Source: a virus. Taken from it: a stretch of DNA of 64,000 nucleotides. Made by a program: the position numbers and the translations under genes. The first letter of the stretch is position 1. Every line of letters starts with the position of its first letter. The notes below the pieces were generated by a model. The model was not told the origin of the DNA. It ran no database searches and worked only from the letters and a program-made list of their open reading frames with translations. The stretch spans positions 1 through 64,000 of IMG/VR virus record IMGVR_UViG_3300025326_000018; one strand, given 5' to 3'. Below are positions 9,950-19,805 of the stretch, piece by piece.

Positions 9950-10420
9950 ATGGCAACAATGTCCAGGTATACAGCATTTCCTCGTCCGCTACCTTTCAAT
10001 CGTGATTGTGAATTTACTGTTCGTCGTGGGATTCGTCTTAACGGTCAGGAATTCAAAGATGGTGATGTGATCGATAAGACGCTCCTAACAACTCGACGGC
10101 TACGTCAGTTGTTCGAACAGCGCTTTATCGTACAGGGTGACTCGGTACCCAACACGCTTGTAGTTCCGCATTCTATTGATTTTAAACAACTGCCGACCGC
10201 TGCTATCGTGAGTTGGTTGGCGCAGCGACAGAAGACCCCAAGACCGGGAAGCGATCGGGCCAAAACAATCGCTTTGGCCGAGATCGTCCAACGGAAAGAG
10301 AAGGAAGCTGAAGATGGCGTCGTTTCTGGAAACCCAGTTAAGGAACGCGATCCACAAAGGCTTCCAAGGAAGGTTGCTAAAAGGGATTCTGCGCAGAGCG
10401 ACGCTCAGCAGCACAGTTGA
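9950..10420 (+). CDS. Head-associated hypothetical protein
   Basis: ORF between MCP and head-closure gene; overlaps the next gene by 107 nt. Confidence 0.55.
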   Translation: MATMSRYTAFPRPLPFNRDCEFTVRRGIRLNGQEFKDGDVIDKTLLTTRRLRQLFEQRFIVQGDSVPNTLVVPHSIDFKQLPTAAIVSWLAQRQKTPRPGSDRAKTIALAEIVQRKEKEAEDGVVSGNPVKERDPQRLPRKVAKRDSAQSDAQQHS

Positions 10421-10685
10421 CGCAAACGGGGATCCGAGCAGAACTTACACCAACTACAATCTAGAAGGTTTCGTCGACACCTTCTCTGTTTTTCAGAAAG
10501 CTACTGCGGGCATTCCCGAGTCAGACGTAAAGCTTCTGATCATCGCCGGTAGCCTTTCTATCGACCCTCGTAAAGATGATCAAGTTCGCTTCCGAGGTGT
10601 GTGGTACCAGGTCCGCGCACTTGGCAAAGATCCGGCGATAGCAACTTGGGAACTACAAAGCTTTCAGATAGCGGATCCTACCTGA
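10314..10685 (+). CDS. Head closure/head-tail joining protein
   Basis: DANGDP...GIPESDVKLLI...P..DDQVRFRGVWYQV...DPAIATWELQ. Confidence 0.7.
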   Translation: MASFLETQLRNAIHKGFQGRLLKGILRRATLSSTVDANGDPSRTYTNYNLEGFVDTFSVFQKATAGIPESDVKLLIIAGSLSIDPRKDDQVRFRGVWYQVRALGKDPAIATWELQSFQIADPT

Positions 10686-11521
10686 TGCATATCGCCTTCT
10701 ACAGAAGTGAAAAAGAGAGATGCCAACAATTCGCTGGCGTCTTTCGTACTGCGCTTTTGGCACAGGGCGATACCGTAACAGAGTACCCAGTCTTCGGCGA
10801 TGTCGATAATCAGGCCGATGCTATTGTGATGTACCGCGTTAGGCGGAAAGAGCTTCTCGACCATGCTGAGGCAAAGCAGATTCCTTTGCTCTACTTCGAT
10901 AAAGGATACACTCGCACTCACGAATGGCAGCGGATTGCATTTGATGGAACCGAGCCTGGGTTTACTCTTGGGACCTACGGTTTTCCAGATAATCGGCGCA
11001 AAGCGTTCAATTGGCTCTTCCATCCTTGGAGGAGGTCTGGAAACCATATCGTTCTGGCCTCCTCAAATGAAGTAGAGCACGAATGGCGTGGACTTCCTTC
11101 CCCACAAGAATATGCAGTTTCAGTAGTTGAGAAGATCCGACGCTTTACAGACAGACCGATTATTCATCGCTGCAAACCAAATCAGAATCCTGTCTTCTCT
11201 GTTCCGGGCACAACTCAATCTCCTCAGGGCAGAACTGTACAAGAAGATTTGCAGGGTGCGCACGCCCTGGTAACAGTTGGATCGAGCATCGTGCTTGAGT
11301 CGGTGCTGTCAGGTGTCCCTACAATAGTTCTTGGTGACGCGGTAACTGTAAACATTTCAACTGCCGACCTAACCAAAATCGAGAATCCTCTGTTGGTCTT
11401 CGCAGAAGAAGTTATCGCAGTCCTGAACGACTTGGCGTACCATCAATGGTCTTGGGATGAATTTAAATCAGGCGTGGCCTGGGCTGCAATCCGGCCGATG
11501 CTCGTAAAGAAAGTATTGTGA
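10685..11521 (+). CDS. Capsule-polysaccharide-biosynthesis/GT-B-like protein
   Basis: YFDKGY, RPIIHRCKP, ALVTVGSSIVLESVLSGVPTIVLG; paralog of 21-380. Confidence 0.6.
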   Translation: MHIAFYRSEKERCQQFAGVFRTALLAQGDTVTEYPVFGDVDNQADAIVMYRVRRKELLDHAEAKQIPLLYFDKGYTRTHEWQRIAFDGTEPGFTLGTYGFPDNRRKAFNWLFHPWRRSGNHIVLASSNEVEHEWRGLPSPQEYAVSVVEKIRRFTDRPIIHRCKPNQNPVFSVPGTTQSPQGRTVQEDLQGAHALVTVGSSIVLESVLSGVPTIVLGDAVTVNISTADLTKIENPLLVFAEEVIAVLNDLAYHQWSWDEFKSGVAWAAIRPMLVKKVL

Positions 11522-12147
11522 TGCAAGTGTACGAGGGTTTGTCCTTCCCTGAATCCGCAATCGCGTATCTACTACGACACAAGGGCGATGCTGCTAGCGT
11601 TCAAAGAACGTGCGAACGTCAGGCTATGCGTGCGCGGAAACAGTTTGAAGCCCTATCCCCGTACATCGGCAAAGACGTAGAACGGGTCCTCGATATCGGT
11701 TGCGGGCTTGGTGCGATTGATGTCGTTCTCGTTGCCGAGCGGCCGGTCACAACTCTCTATCTTGTTGACGGTGATGGGTCGCACGAGCGGCATGGCGAGT
11801 ATCGTGACGTATCCGAGCCTTGGAATAACGTTGCTGACGCCGTCGAGTTCGTGCAGGCAAATACATCGAGGTTGCTCAAGATCGTACCGACGTGGCCAAC
11901 CAAAAGCGTTGACCTGGTGATCTCGCTCAAGTCTTGGGGGCTGCATTATCCTGTAGACTGTTATCTGAATCTCGTGCCACACTTGTTAGATCGAGGAGGT
12001 GTGCTGATAATCGATCTGCACAAACCAGAAGCTCGGCAAGCACTCGAGGGCGTGGGACTCACCTGTACAGGAACGATTGGAGACTACAAAGATCAAGGAA
12101 CGGCGTTGCTTCCGTTCGTTCGGCACATCTTTAAAAAGGTGGCGTAA
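11521..12147 (+). CDS. Class I SAM-dependent methyltransferase
   Basis: VLDIGCGLG, VDLVISLKSWGLHYP. Confidence 0.85.
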   Translation: MQVYEGLSFPESAIAYLLRHKGDAASVQRTCERQAMRARKQFEALSPYIGKDVERVLDIGCGLGAIDVVLVAERPVTTLYLVDGDGSHERHGEYRDVSEPWNNVADAVEFVQANTSRLLKIVPTWPTKSVDLVISLKSWGLHYPVDCYLNLVPHLLDRGGVLIIDLHKPEARQALEGVGLTCTGTIGDYKDQGTALLPFVRHIFKKVA

Positions 12148-12569
12148 TGGCATCCCCAATTACCTGGAACGGGAAGCGAATCTCAGCAGGTATCCGCAGT
12201 GCTGTCATGCGGGGGTTGATCACTGCTGCGAATGATGTTCGTAACACAGCAGTGGACTCAATCATTGAGGGTCCGAAGACCGGTATTGTGTATCATCGTA
12301 GAGGTGTAGCGCATCAGGCATCTGCTCCAGGAGAACCACCAGCGGCTGATATCGGAACGTTGAACAACTCGATAACCATTCGTCCTGATGTCAAAAGTCT
12401 TACTGTCTACGTCAATGCTGGTGCCAAGTACGCGGCCGCACTTGAATATGGAACAGCGAAGATGGAACCGCGTCCGTACCTCAGACCAGCTTTGTTGCAG
12501 CACGCTCGATCGATTGATAATCTGGTAGCGCTTGAGGTTCGCGCGTATCTTGCCAGCGGAGGTAAGTGA
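12147..12569 (+). CDS. HK97 gp10-like neck/tail protein
   Basis: SAPGEPPA.DIGTL.NSI, YAAALEYGTAKMEPRPYLRPAL. Confidence 0.9.
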   Translation: MASPITWNGKRISAGIRSAVMRGLITAANDVRNTAVDSIIEGPKTGIVYHRRGVAHQASAPGEPPAADIGTLNNSITIRPDVKSLTVYVNAGAKYAAALEYGTAKMEPRPYLRPALLQHARSIDNLVALEVRAYLASGGK

Positions 12570-12991
12570 TGGATTTGGCGGCCCCGCTATACGCAGCGTT
12601 GAGTGCTGATGCGGCGATAACGAGTCTACTAGGAACATTTCTTTCGGGTCCGTCCATTCATACAAGAAGGCCGGTTCCAGAAGAAGCAGGATATCCGATG
12701 TTGATCGTTTCGGCCAACGTCGGAGTCACGGACGAGGATGGATTGGTATCTCGGCGTCCCATCCTCGTTCGTGATATCATCGCGTACGGGGAACAGGATA
12801 GTCAGTATCGTGTAGTTGAGCAGCTGGCTGACCTCCTCCGTACGAAGTTTCATAGGCAACGCGATTCCTTTACCATTTCAGGTTTTCATGTTGTTGACGT
12901 AGTCGCCGTAGGGCCTATCCCTGGCCCCACAGATGACTTTAATCACGTAGCTCGAGTAGTAACGCTAACCATTCGTTTGGTAGCGGAGTAG
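12569..12991 (+). CDS. Tail terminator (DUF3168-like)
   Basis: LYAALSADAAITSLLG..., position before the tail tube gene. Confidence 0.75.
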   Translation: MDLAAPLYAALSADAAITSLLGTFLSGPSIHTRRPVPEEAGYPMLIVSANVGVTDEDGLVSRRPILVRDIIAYGEQDSQYRVVEQLADLLRTKFHRQRDSFTISGFHVVDVVAVGPIPGPTDDFNHVARVVTLTIRLVAE

Positions 12992-13006
12992 TAGAAAGGA
13001 TATTTG

Positions 13007-13471
13007 ATGACAGTCAATACAGCCGCCCAATCCCGAGTGTTTATCGGTACTACAGGTCAGGCGAATGACGTGACGGACTACGAGGCCGATAGCTACATTG
13101 AGGTCGGCGAAGTCGAGGACCTCGGCGAGTTCGGCGACACGGCTGAGGAAGTCACCTTCACAGCCTTGAAGGATCGTCGTACTCGGAAGTTCAAAGGATC
13201 GTTCAACGCAGGAACAATGACTATCATCTGCGGTTCCGATCCCGAGGATGTTGGACAGGATGCACTCCTCGCCGCGTTCTTGTCCGACTTTGATTACAAC
13301 TTCAAAGTCACGCTGAACGACAACATTACTCCTGCAGGCGCGCCGTCCACGCTGTTCTTCAGCGGCAAGGTGATGTCGAAGAGTCGGAACGTGGGTCAGG
13401 TGAATAACGTCGTTCGGCAGACGTTCATGGTCGGTATCAATACCGAGATCCTCGAGGTCACTGCGACTTAA
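13007..13471 (+). CDS. Major tail (tube) protein
   Basis: EVGEVEDLGEFGDTAEEVTF...RTRKFKGSFNAG...GQ. Confidence 0.85.
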   Translation: MTVNTAAQSRVFIGTTGQANDVTDYEADSYIEVGEVEDLGEFGDTAEEVTFTALKDRRTRKFKGSFNAGTMTIICGSDPEDVGQDALLAAFLSDFDYNFKVTLNDNITPAGAPSTLFFSGKVMSKSRNVGQVNNVVRQTFMVGINTEILEVTAT

Positions 13472-13596
13472 TCGGCGGCAAATCTGGACGAGCGACGGGC
13501 CCTAACGGTCTCGCCGCTGCTACCGTACCAGAGGCACCGCTTCCGCGAGCGAGCGCCGCAGATTCGCCGGCTCACGGCTAGCGTAAAATCGTTGGA

Positions 13597-13977
13597 ATGG
13601 AACAAGCAATGACAAAGAACCTACCGCTGCCTGGCTCAGGCGACGTCCCTATCACCCTCGATGGGGAAGATCTTTTCCTGAAGCCAACATTGGAAGCCTG
13701 CCTGAGGATTTCTCGGCTTCATGGGAATCCACACGACACCGCCACTAAGATTATGGCGATGGACTTCGATACGGTCGTCGCTGTTGTTGGCATTGGTCTT
13801 CGCCGAACGACCAACAAAGATCTTCAGGAGAAGGTGTATCGTACAGGTCTCGTGAATCTCCGAGCATCCCTGATCTCATTCATCCACATCGTCAACAACG
13901 GCGGTCGGCCGATCGAAGACGAAGGTTCGGAGGATGAGAAGAAAGAAGAAGAAAACCCTCAGGAGCCGAGCCTGTAA
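13597..13977 (+). CDS. Tail assembly chaperone (gpG-like)
   Basis: Between tail tube and tape measure genes; acidic C-terminus. Confidence 0.75.
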   Translation: MEQAMTKNLPLPGSGDVPITLDGEDLFLKPTLEACLRISRLHGNPHDTATKIMAMDFDTVVAVVGIGLRRTTNKDLQEKVYRTGLVNLRASLISFIHIVNNGGRPIEDEGSEDEKKEEENPQEPSL

Positions 13978-14255
13978 GCCTATCGGAATATTATGGCAAG
14001 CTGTTAGAATTTGCAGCGGGCTGGCTCGGTTGGCCTCAAGAACAAGCCCTAGCATGCGACATTAACTATCTAGTATACGCGTACCAGGGTCGGATGTCGA
14101 TGTTCCAGATGCTCTTCGGATCTAGGGAACAGGAACCTCCGCAGAAAAGAGCGAAAGCGAACGATATTAAACAGTTCGCAAAGACGCACAACCTTCTTGT
14201 ACGTACGGGTAAGGTGAAACTTCCTAAGAAGAAAGCGAAAGCGAAAGTAGTATGA
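13953..14255 (+). CDS. -1 frameshift extension of the chaperone (gpGT-like)
   Basis: Heptamer A-AAC-CCT (X XXY YYZ) at 13953-13959; the -1 frame (..PVSLSEYYGKLLEFAAGWLGWPQEQALACDINYL..) is open until a TGA overlapping the TMP ATG. Confidence 0.65.
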   Translation, partial: KPSGAEPVSLSEYYGKLLEFAAGWLGWPQEQALACDINYLVYAYQGRMSMFQMLFGSREQEPPQKRAKANDIKQFAKTHNLLVRTGKVKLPKKKAKAKVV

Positions 14256-16561
14256 CCCAAGTAGCTGGATCTGTGGAAGTCGCCGTCCGTGCAAATATGC
14301 AGCTATTCCTACGCGATCTCGAACGGGCGCGTATGGAGTTGCAGAAGTTCAGTTCGACGGCAACTCGAACAACTGCTGGAACGGCTAAGCAGTTCGACGC
14401 TATGGGTTCTGCTTCCTCGCGAGCATCAGGAGCTATTGCAGCATTCACGCGACAGTTTGCGTTCCTAGGCACCTTGACTGCTGGCTTTGCGCTCTACAAA
14501 GTCTCAGATCAGTTCGCTAGCTTCGAATACAACATGAATACCGTGCGGGCGGTCCTGAACACAACAGGATCAGAGTTCGCGCTTCTCAATACCAAGGCCC
14601 AAGAACTCGGTAGTTCTACTCGGTACTCGGCCGAGCAGGTTGCTGAGGCGATGACCCTCATGGCCAAGGCCGGAATGTCTGCCGGTCAGGTCTACGGTGG
14701 TGTTGCGAGTACGCTACAACTTGCAGCCGTTGAGGGTCTCGATCTGGCCACGTCTACTGAAGCCGTTGTCAACATCATGACTGGCATGGGTCTGTCAGTC
14801 AAAGACCTCGACCGTGCGGTTAACGTCCTAACCAAAACCAGTATAGATTCTACTACTGGTGTTACCGAACTTGCGTATGCCTTTAAGTACGCATCGGGGA
14901 TCTCCGAGACAGCAGGTGTTAGTCTCGAAGAAGTAGCCGCTGCCATGGGCTTGATGGCGCAAGCGGGTACCAAAGGCTCAACCGCAGGTACAGCCCTCCG
15001 CGGTATCATCACACGACTTGTTGGCCCCACAGAGGAAGCCCGCAAGGTGATGAAGGCTTGGGGCATCTCGGTAGTTGATGCCTCAGGGAAGTTTAAGCCT
15101 CTTAGCGATGTTATTCGACAGTTCGAACCGATGGCCAAGGCGGGAGCACGCGGCTTAGAGGATATGTTCACTGTCTTCGGCGCTCGACCTTTCCAGGGCA
15201 TTGCAGCTCTTACGAAAGCGGGCGCGGACGAGTTCGACAAGTTTACAAAGAACTTGCAGAATACAGGTGATGTCGCCAAACGCGTCTCTGAGATTCAGAT
15301 GGAGGGTCTCAAAGGCGCGATGCTGCAATTAGGTACAGCGGCATCCGGACTAGCGGTGGCTATCGGTGAAAGCGGCCTTGGTAAGGCTTTCGAGTATCTC
15401 GCTGATAAGGCTACTTCCGCACTCAATGCAATGACTGCCGCTCTAAAGGGCATGGCCCCCCTTCAAGAGCAGTCAGCCGCGGTTCTTCGAAATACATTAT
15501 CTTCGCAGCAAGCCGAACTCGATCAGGTTGATCGCGCCATTGAGCGTTTGCGGACCAATCGAGCAGGTGCGGGTCAGATCGCAGCTCTTGAAGCCGGTCG
15601 CAAGAAGATGGTCGAGAATATGACGACCACGCATGAATTTCTCATGCAGCAACAGCAGGTACAAACTGCTCTCAAGGCTCCGGCAGCAAAAGTAAAAGAG
15701 CAGCTTGACGATGTTACACCTCCCGCCGCTGTAGATGTTGAAGGTGGCCTAGCGAAGCGTAAGGCAGCGCAAGAAGCTCTCCAGCGGTTGGAATCTGAAT
15801 ACCTCGAGAGCACTAAACAGAATAAACGTCTTATCGAGGTTGAGCAAGAACGCGAGCTTGCCAAGTTTAAAGAGCTTCTCGAAAAGAAGTTGATTTCTCA
15901 GACGGAGTACGAGAACGCTGTCCGGCAACTGGGTGAAGTCACTCAGAAGAAGATGGAGGAGCTCCGCCAGAAGGACTTGAAGTTCATTGAGGATATCACC
16001 GGAGCGATTTCGAGTGGGCTGGAGGGAGCCTTCCGCTCATTTATCGAGACAGGTAAGGTCGACTTTAATGAGTTGACTCGTTCCATCCTCGCCGATATCG
16101 CTGTTATCGCTCTCCGCATGGCTGTGCTGCAACCGTTGTTTGGTGGGGGTGCGGGCGGTGGTGGTGGTGGAGCCATTGGAAGTATGATCGCCTCGTTGTT
16201 TCATACGGGTGGTGTCGCCGGTAGCGGTAGTGGTGTGAAGCGTGAAATGCCGATGGCTGCATTCTTTGGTGCTCCCCGGATGCACAAAGGTGGTCAGATC
16301 CTCGGCGCGAATGAGGTGCCTGCGATTCTCAATCGGGGTGAACGAGTTGTTCCTGCTGGTGCAAATGATAACGGTAAGGTTACTGTTCAGATCATCAATA
16401 ACTCAAGTGCGCAAGTTAAAGAAGACTCTACTCGGTCATCAGACGGCGAAGAGATTCGCAGGTTCGTTATCGAAGAGACGAATAAAGGTATGACCCGTGG
16501 AGCCTTCGATGGTTCCATGCGCGGTCGGTACGGTAATCAGGTTGTTGGTACTCGCCGGTAG
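14252..16561 (+). CDS. Tape measure protein (TP901-type core)
   Basis: FEYNMNTVRAV...LGSSTRYSAEQVAEAM...; helical Ala-rich 769 aa; C-terminal MHKGG...EVPAILNRGERV. Confidence 0.95.
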   Translation: MTQVAGSVEVAVRANMQLFLRDLERARMELQKFSSTATRTTAGTAKQFDAMGSASSRASGAIAAFTRQFAFLGTLTAGFALYKVSDQFASFEYNMNTVRAVLNTTGSEFALLNTKAQELGSSTRYSAEQVAEAMTLMAKAGMSAGQVYGGVASTLQLAAVEGLDLATSTEAVVNIMTGMGLSVKDLDRAVNVLTKTSIDSTTGVTELAYAFKYASGISETAGVSLEEVAAAMGLMAQAGTKGSTAGTALRGIITRLVGPTEEARKVMKAWGISVVDASGKFKPLSDVIRQFEPMAKAGARGLEDMFTVFGARPFQGIAALTKAGADEFDKFTKNLQNTGDVAKRVSEIQMEGLKGAMLQLGTAASGLAVAIGESGLGKAFEYLADKATSALNAMTAALKGMAPLQEQSAAVLRNTLSSQQAELDQVDRAIERLRTNRAGAGQIAALEAGRKKMVENMTTTHEFLMQQQQVQTALKAPAAKVKEQLDDVTPPAAVDVEGGLAKRKAAQEALQRLESEYLESTKQNKRLIEVEQERELAKFKELLEKKLISQTEYENAVRQLGEVTQKKMEELRQKDLKFIEDITGAISSGLEGAFRSFIETGKVDFNELTRSILADIAVIALRMAVLQPLFGGGAGGGGGGAIGSMIASLFHTGGVAGSGSGVKREMPMAAFFGAPRMHKGGQILGANEVPAILNRGERVVPAGANDNGKVTVQIINNSSAQVKEDSTRSSDGEEIRRFVIEETNKGMTRGAFDGSMRGRYGNQVVGTRR

Positions 16562-16571
16562 GGAGTAGGGC

Positions 16572-18869
16572 ATGGCTTACAAAACTAAATTTGGCGGGTA
16601 CCAAGCGGACAGTGACTTGTCCGCTTCTGACTGGACGAAGCGCTGGAATACAGCAGCCACCGCCACCGTTCTTGGTATTGGATATGAGTTTATCTCTTCA
16701 GCCGTTAGTCCAGTACAATCTCGAGAAAACACGTTCTCGGCGGTAATCCCAGCATCGGGAACGTATATTATTGCGTTGGAGGGTCGGTCTGTTGATGCTC
16801 CAGGTGTGCAGGGAGTATCGATTGATGGTCAACTCGGTCAGGAACTTTTCGAAGTAACTAATGGTAGTACTTTCCTAGCTTTCTGGTTGGTGGATCCTAC
16901 TAGTTTCTCCGCAGGTGATATCAATGTACTTTTGAATTCTACTCACAACGGTTTTACTATTTCTGTATGGCAGGTATTCGGTAATGTAACAACATATGGA
17001 GATAGCGCTCAAGGATTGACGAGTGGCGCCACTGACTCTTTAGCTCTTAGCATTCGAAACGTTATTCTTGGTGTAGCGCGTAGTGGTGGATCTGTTGTTG
17101 TGGGGAATAGTGGCACCACTAAAGTGATGCTTCACATGGACGGCGCGGATGCTTCTACAACATTTACGGATGTAAATGCTGGGGGTTCTGCAAAGACTTG
17201 GACCGCTGCTGGAAACGCGCAGATTGATACAGCGCAGTCAAAGTTCGGCGGTGCATCGGCGTTGTTTGATGGCACGGGGGATTACGTTTCGACGTCTGAC
17301 CATGCGGACTTAGAAGTAGGAACATCAGATTTTACCATTGATTGTTGGTTTTTCGCCAATCACAGCGGCAGCGGTTCCTTGCATGGCATCTGTGGTAAGG
17401 CGACCGATTTTTCAGCGGCCACTCACAGCTACGCGTTGATGATTAACGCAAGCAACAATTTAGAACTTTCTATATCAAATGGAACCACACGATCAACTAT
17501 GGCGGGGACAACTCAGTTTAACGACTCAACAAACGTTGGTTGGCACCATGTCGCTGCTGTCCGTTCGGGGAGTACGACATTGCTGTTCGTTGACGGCGTC
17601 TTGGAAAACAGTCAGACATTTTCAGGAGCAGTTCCAGACCTAGCGGAAGCATTGGTCGTTGGATCAAATTTCGAATCAAGTGATTTTTTTAACGGCTGGA
17701 TCGATGAATTCCGCCTGTCGGTCGGCACTGCCAAATGGACCTCGAATTTCACACCACCAACATCCGAGTACGTAATAAACTCTGGTGCTGGTGCCGTTTC
17801 TGATATTCATTTTTGGGCTAATTTAACAGAGAGACTCGATCAGTTTCTCTCAGGTGCGGCGTACTGGTCGGCTGCTGATCAATTAATTACTACTGATGCT
17901 ACGTCTCGTGAATTAGTAGTTGAAGCTACTGAGAATCCTACCACACTAACTTGGGCTGCTCTTGCTTTCTATACACCTGCTCCATACTTCCCTTCCGGTC
18001 AGGGTGTGCGGTTCGAAAAACAGTCGACGGGCGGTCGCACGTTCTGGTCTTGGGACACTATTCCACAAATTGCGGATGTAGACGTACTCGCTTTGGTGCG
18101 ACCTACTGCGCAATCAGGAGCCTTTAACATGGGTGTGTCTGCTCGCTCGAGTGGCGCCATAGCCTTAGAAACTAACTATTCATTAGCATTGCTACAAAGC
18201 GCGCCGGGAGCCCAAGACCTCTTTGAAATGACTCGTCGTGTTGCTGGTGTACCCACGTCGCTCGGATCAGTTGCATTTAGTTGGAGTTTGAATACTAATT
18301 ATTGGCTGCGGTTTAGATTGCGCGGCACAACCCTTCAAGGTCGAGTATGGGCGGACGGGCAAACCGAACCAACCGCGTGGCACCTTGAAACTACTGATTC
18401 GGCGAACGCATCGGGATACGTTGGCATCTACTACACAGAGCTTAGCTCGATCTTGGAAGTCGGGCATTTTGAAGCTCGTGAACTCTTTGCTGAGTGGCCC
18501 ACGGATACAATTCCGAACAACTGGACTGTCGGTATACAGGGCGGTCCGCAGCTCAACAAGATTTCCTTTAATCCTGATGTCGGACCTTCGATTGATAGAC
18601 GTCGCGCAAGCGCTATCGCGAGAAAGTACCAAGTCGACTGCCCTGGCTTGACTCAAACAGAATACCTCGCCTTTGTAGAGTTCTATCACACAACACTAAA
18701 GGAAGGTACGCTTCCGTTTACGGCGATGGATCCGTTCACTGGCGTGGAGAAGACGTTTAAGTTCGGTTCCGAAGATCCGGCGTATACCGAATCTATTCAA
18801 AGGTCTCCCGGACCTGACTACACTAATGGAATCTATCAAGTAGCATTCAATGTGGTGAGGTTGGATTAG
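16572..18869 (+). CDS. Distal tail protein with large LamG/lectin-like N-terminal extension
   Basis: DFTIDCW...WHHVAAVRSG...FNGWIDEFR (LamG); C-terminal PDVGPSIDRRR...FVEFYHTTLKEGTLPF (Dit-type). Confidence 0.75.
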   Translation: MAYKTKFGGYQADSDLSASDWTKRWNTAATATVLGIGYEFISSAVSPVQSRENTFSAVIPASGTYIIALEGRSVDAPGVQGVSIDGQLGQELFEVTNGSTFLAFWLVDPTSFSAGDINVLLNSTHNGFTISVWQVFGNVTTYGDSAQGLTSGATDSLALSIRNVILGVARSGGSVVVGNSGTTKVMLHMDGADASTTFTDVNAGGSAKTWTAAGNAQIDTAQSKFGGASALFDGTGDYVSTSDHADLEVGTSDFTIDCWFFANHSGSGSLHGICGKATDFSAATHSYALMINASNNLELSISNGTTRSTMAGTTQFNDSTNVGWHHVAAVRSGSTTLLFVDGVLENSQTFSGAVPDLAEALVVGSNFESSDFFNGWIDEFRLSVGTAKWTSNFTPPTSEYVINSGAGAVSDIHFWANLTERLDQFLSGAAYWSAADQLITTDATSRELVVEATENPTTLTWAALAFYTPAPYFPSGQGVRFEKQSTGGRTFWSWDTIPQIADVDVLALVRPTAQSGAFNMGVSARSSGAIALETNYSLALLQSAPGAQDLFEMTRRVAGVPTSLGSVAFSWSLNTNYWLRFRLRGTTLQGRVWADGQTEPTAWHLETTDSANASGYVGIYYTELSSILEVGHFEARELFAEWPTDTIPNNWTVGIQGGPQLNKISFNPDVGPSIDRRRASAIARKYQVDCPGLTQTEYLAFVEFYHTTLKEGTLPFTAMDPFTGVEKTFKFGSEDPAYTESIQRSPGPDYTNGIYQVAFNVVRLD

Positions 18870-19388
18870 ATGCCGCGTTCAATTCCTCCCGAAGTTATCC
18901 GAGAACTCAATCGACAAGATTCACCTGAGTTTTACTTAGTGTTTCTCACGATAGCGCATCCGCAATTTGCTGATGCGATTCGTGTTGTTTCGGATCCGCG
19001 TAACTTCAGGTTGAACAATGAAACTCATATCGGATTTCAATTCGATATTCGGCTTCTTACAGATAACGAGGCAGCACCGTTCTCGCAGTTGACTATTCAG
19101 AACGTTGATAAGCGGATTCCTGAGGGTATCCTATCCGCGAACTCACCTGCGCGTATCCATATCGAGGTTTTTGCAGGTAGCGAATTTAATCTAGATGAGG
19201 AACCTGGTACTGAGAAGAATGGTCCAGGTTCCGCAATTCATACGTACGACGCTCCGCAGTTGTATCTTACTGAGGTTGAGGCTGATGCGATTCAGATTAC
19301 AGGTCGCATCGTTTCTTGGGATTACACACAAGAAATCTGGCCAGGTATGATGGCTACCAAAAATAGGTTCCCTGGGTTATTCAGATGA
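18870..19388 (+). CDS. Tail tip protein (DUF1833, gpL-like)
   Basis: LVFLTIAHP...IRVVSD...LTIQNVD...FPGLF. Confidence 0.85.
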   Translation: MPRSIPPEVIRELNRQDSPEFYLVFLTIAHPQFADAIRVVSDPRNFRLNNETHIGFQFDIRLLTDNEAAPFSQLTIQNVDKRIPEGILSANSPARIHIEVFAGSEFNLDEEPGTEKNGPGSAIHTYDAPQLYLTEVEADAIQITGRIVSWDYTQEIWPGMMATKNRFPGLFR

Positions 19389-19804
19389 GTTGGATCAAGA
19401 AGTATGTAGGCATTCCCTTCGTCGATAAAGGTCGCGATCTTAAAGGTTGCGATTGCTGGGGACTCGTCAGGCTTGTATACAAGAATGAACTCAACACTGA
19501 ACTCCCTACATACGGGGAAATCTCAGCAAAAGACCTTGCAGCTGTATCCCAAGCTGTTGGAGATAACCACATTCTTGAGCCTTGGTACGAAGTTCGCAAA
19601 GAAGATATTCGATCCTTTGATGTTGTTGTTATGCGATTTTACGGATCTCGTCAAATAGGGCATGTCGGAGTAATTGTAGCTTCGGGGACGCACGTCCTTC
19701 ATACTGAGAGAACGGTTGATTCTGTTTTAGTTCCTTTAGGACACATGACAGTACGCGCGCGAATCGTCAGCTTTCGTCGGCATCGAGATTCTGTAGTGAG
19801 GTAG
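19385..19804 (+). CDS. NlpC/P60 tail-tip peptidase (gpK-like)
   Basis: YVGIPFVDKGRD..GCDCWGLVRLVY, HVGV, VLHTE. Confidence 0.92.
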   Translation: MSWIKKYVGIPFVDKGRDLKGCDCWGLVRLVYKNELNTELPTYGEISAKDLAAVSQAVGDNHILEPWYEVRKEDIRSFDVVVMRFYGSRQIGHVGVIVASGTHVLHTERTVDSVLVPLGHMTVRARIVSFRRHRDSVVR

Positions 19805-19805
19805 C

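Noticed and set aside
13472-13596. GC-rich hairpin region after the tail tube gene (CGGCG..AATCTG / CAGATT..CGCCG)
   Set aside because: Single copy with no motif match; most simply an attenuator or mRNA-stabilising structure.
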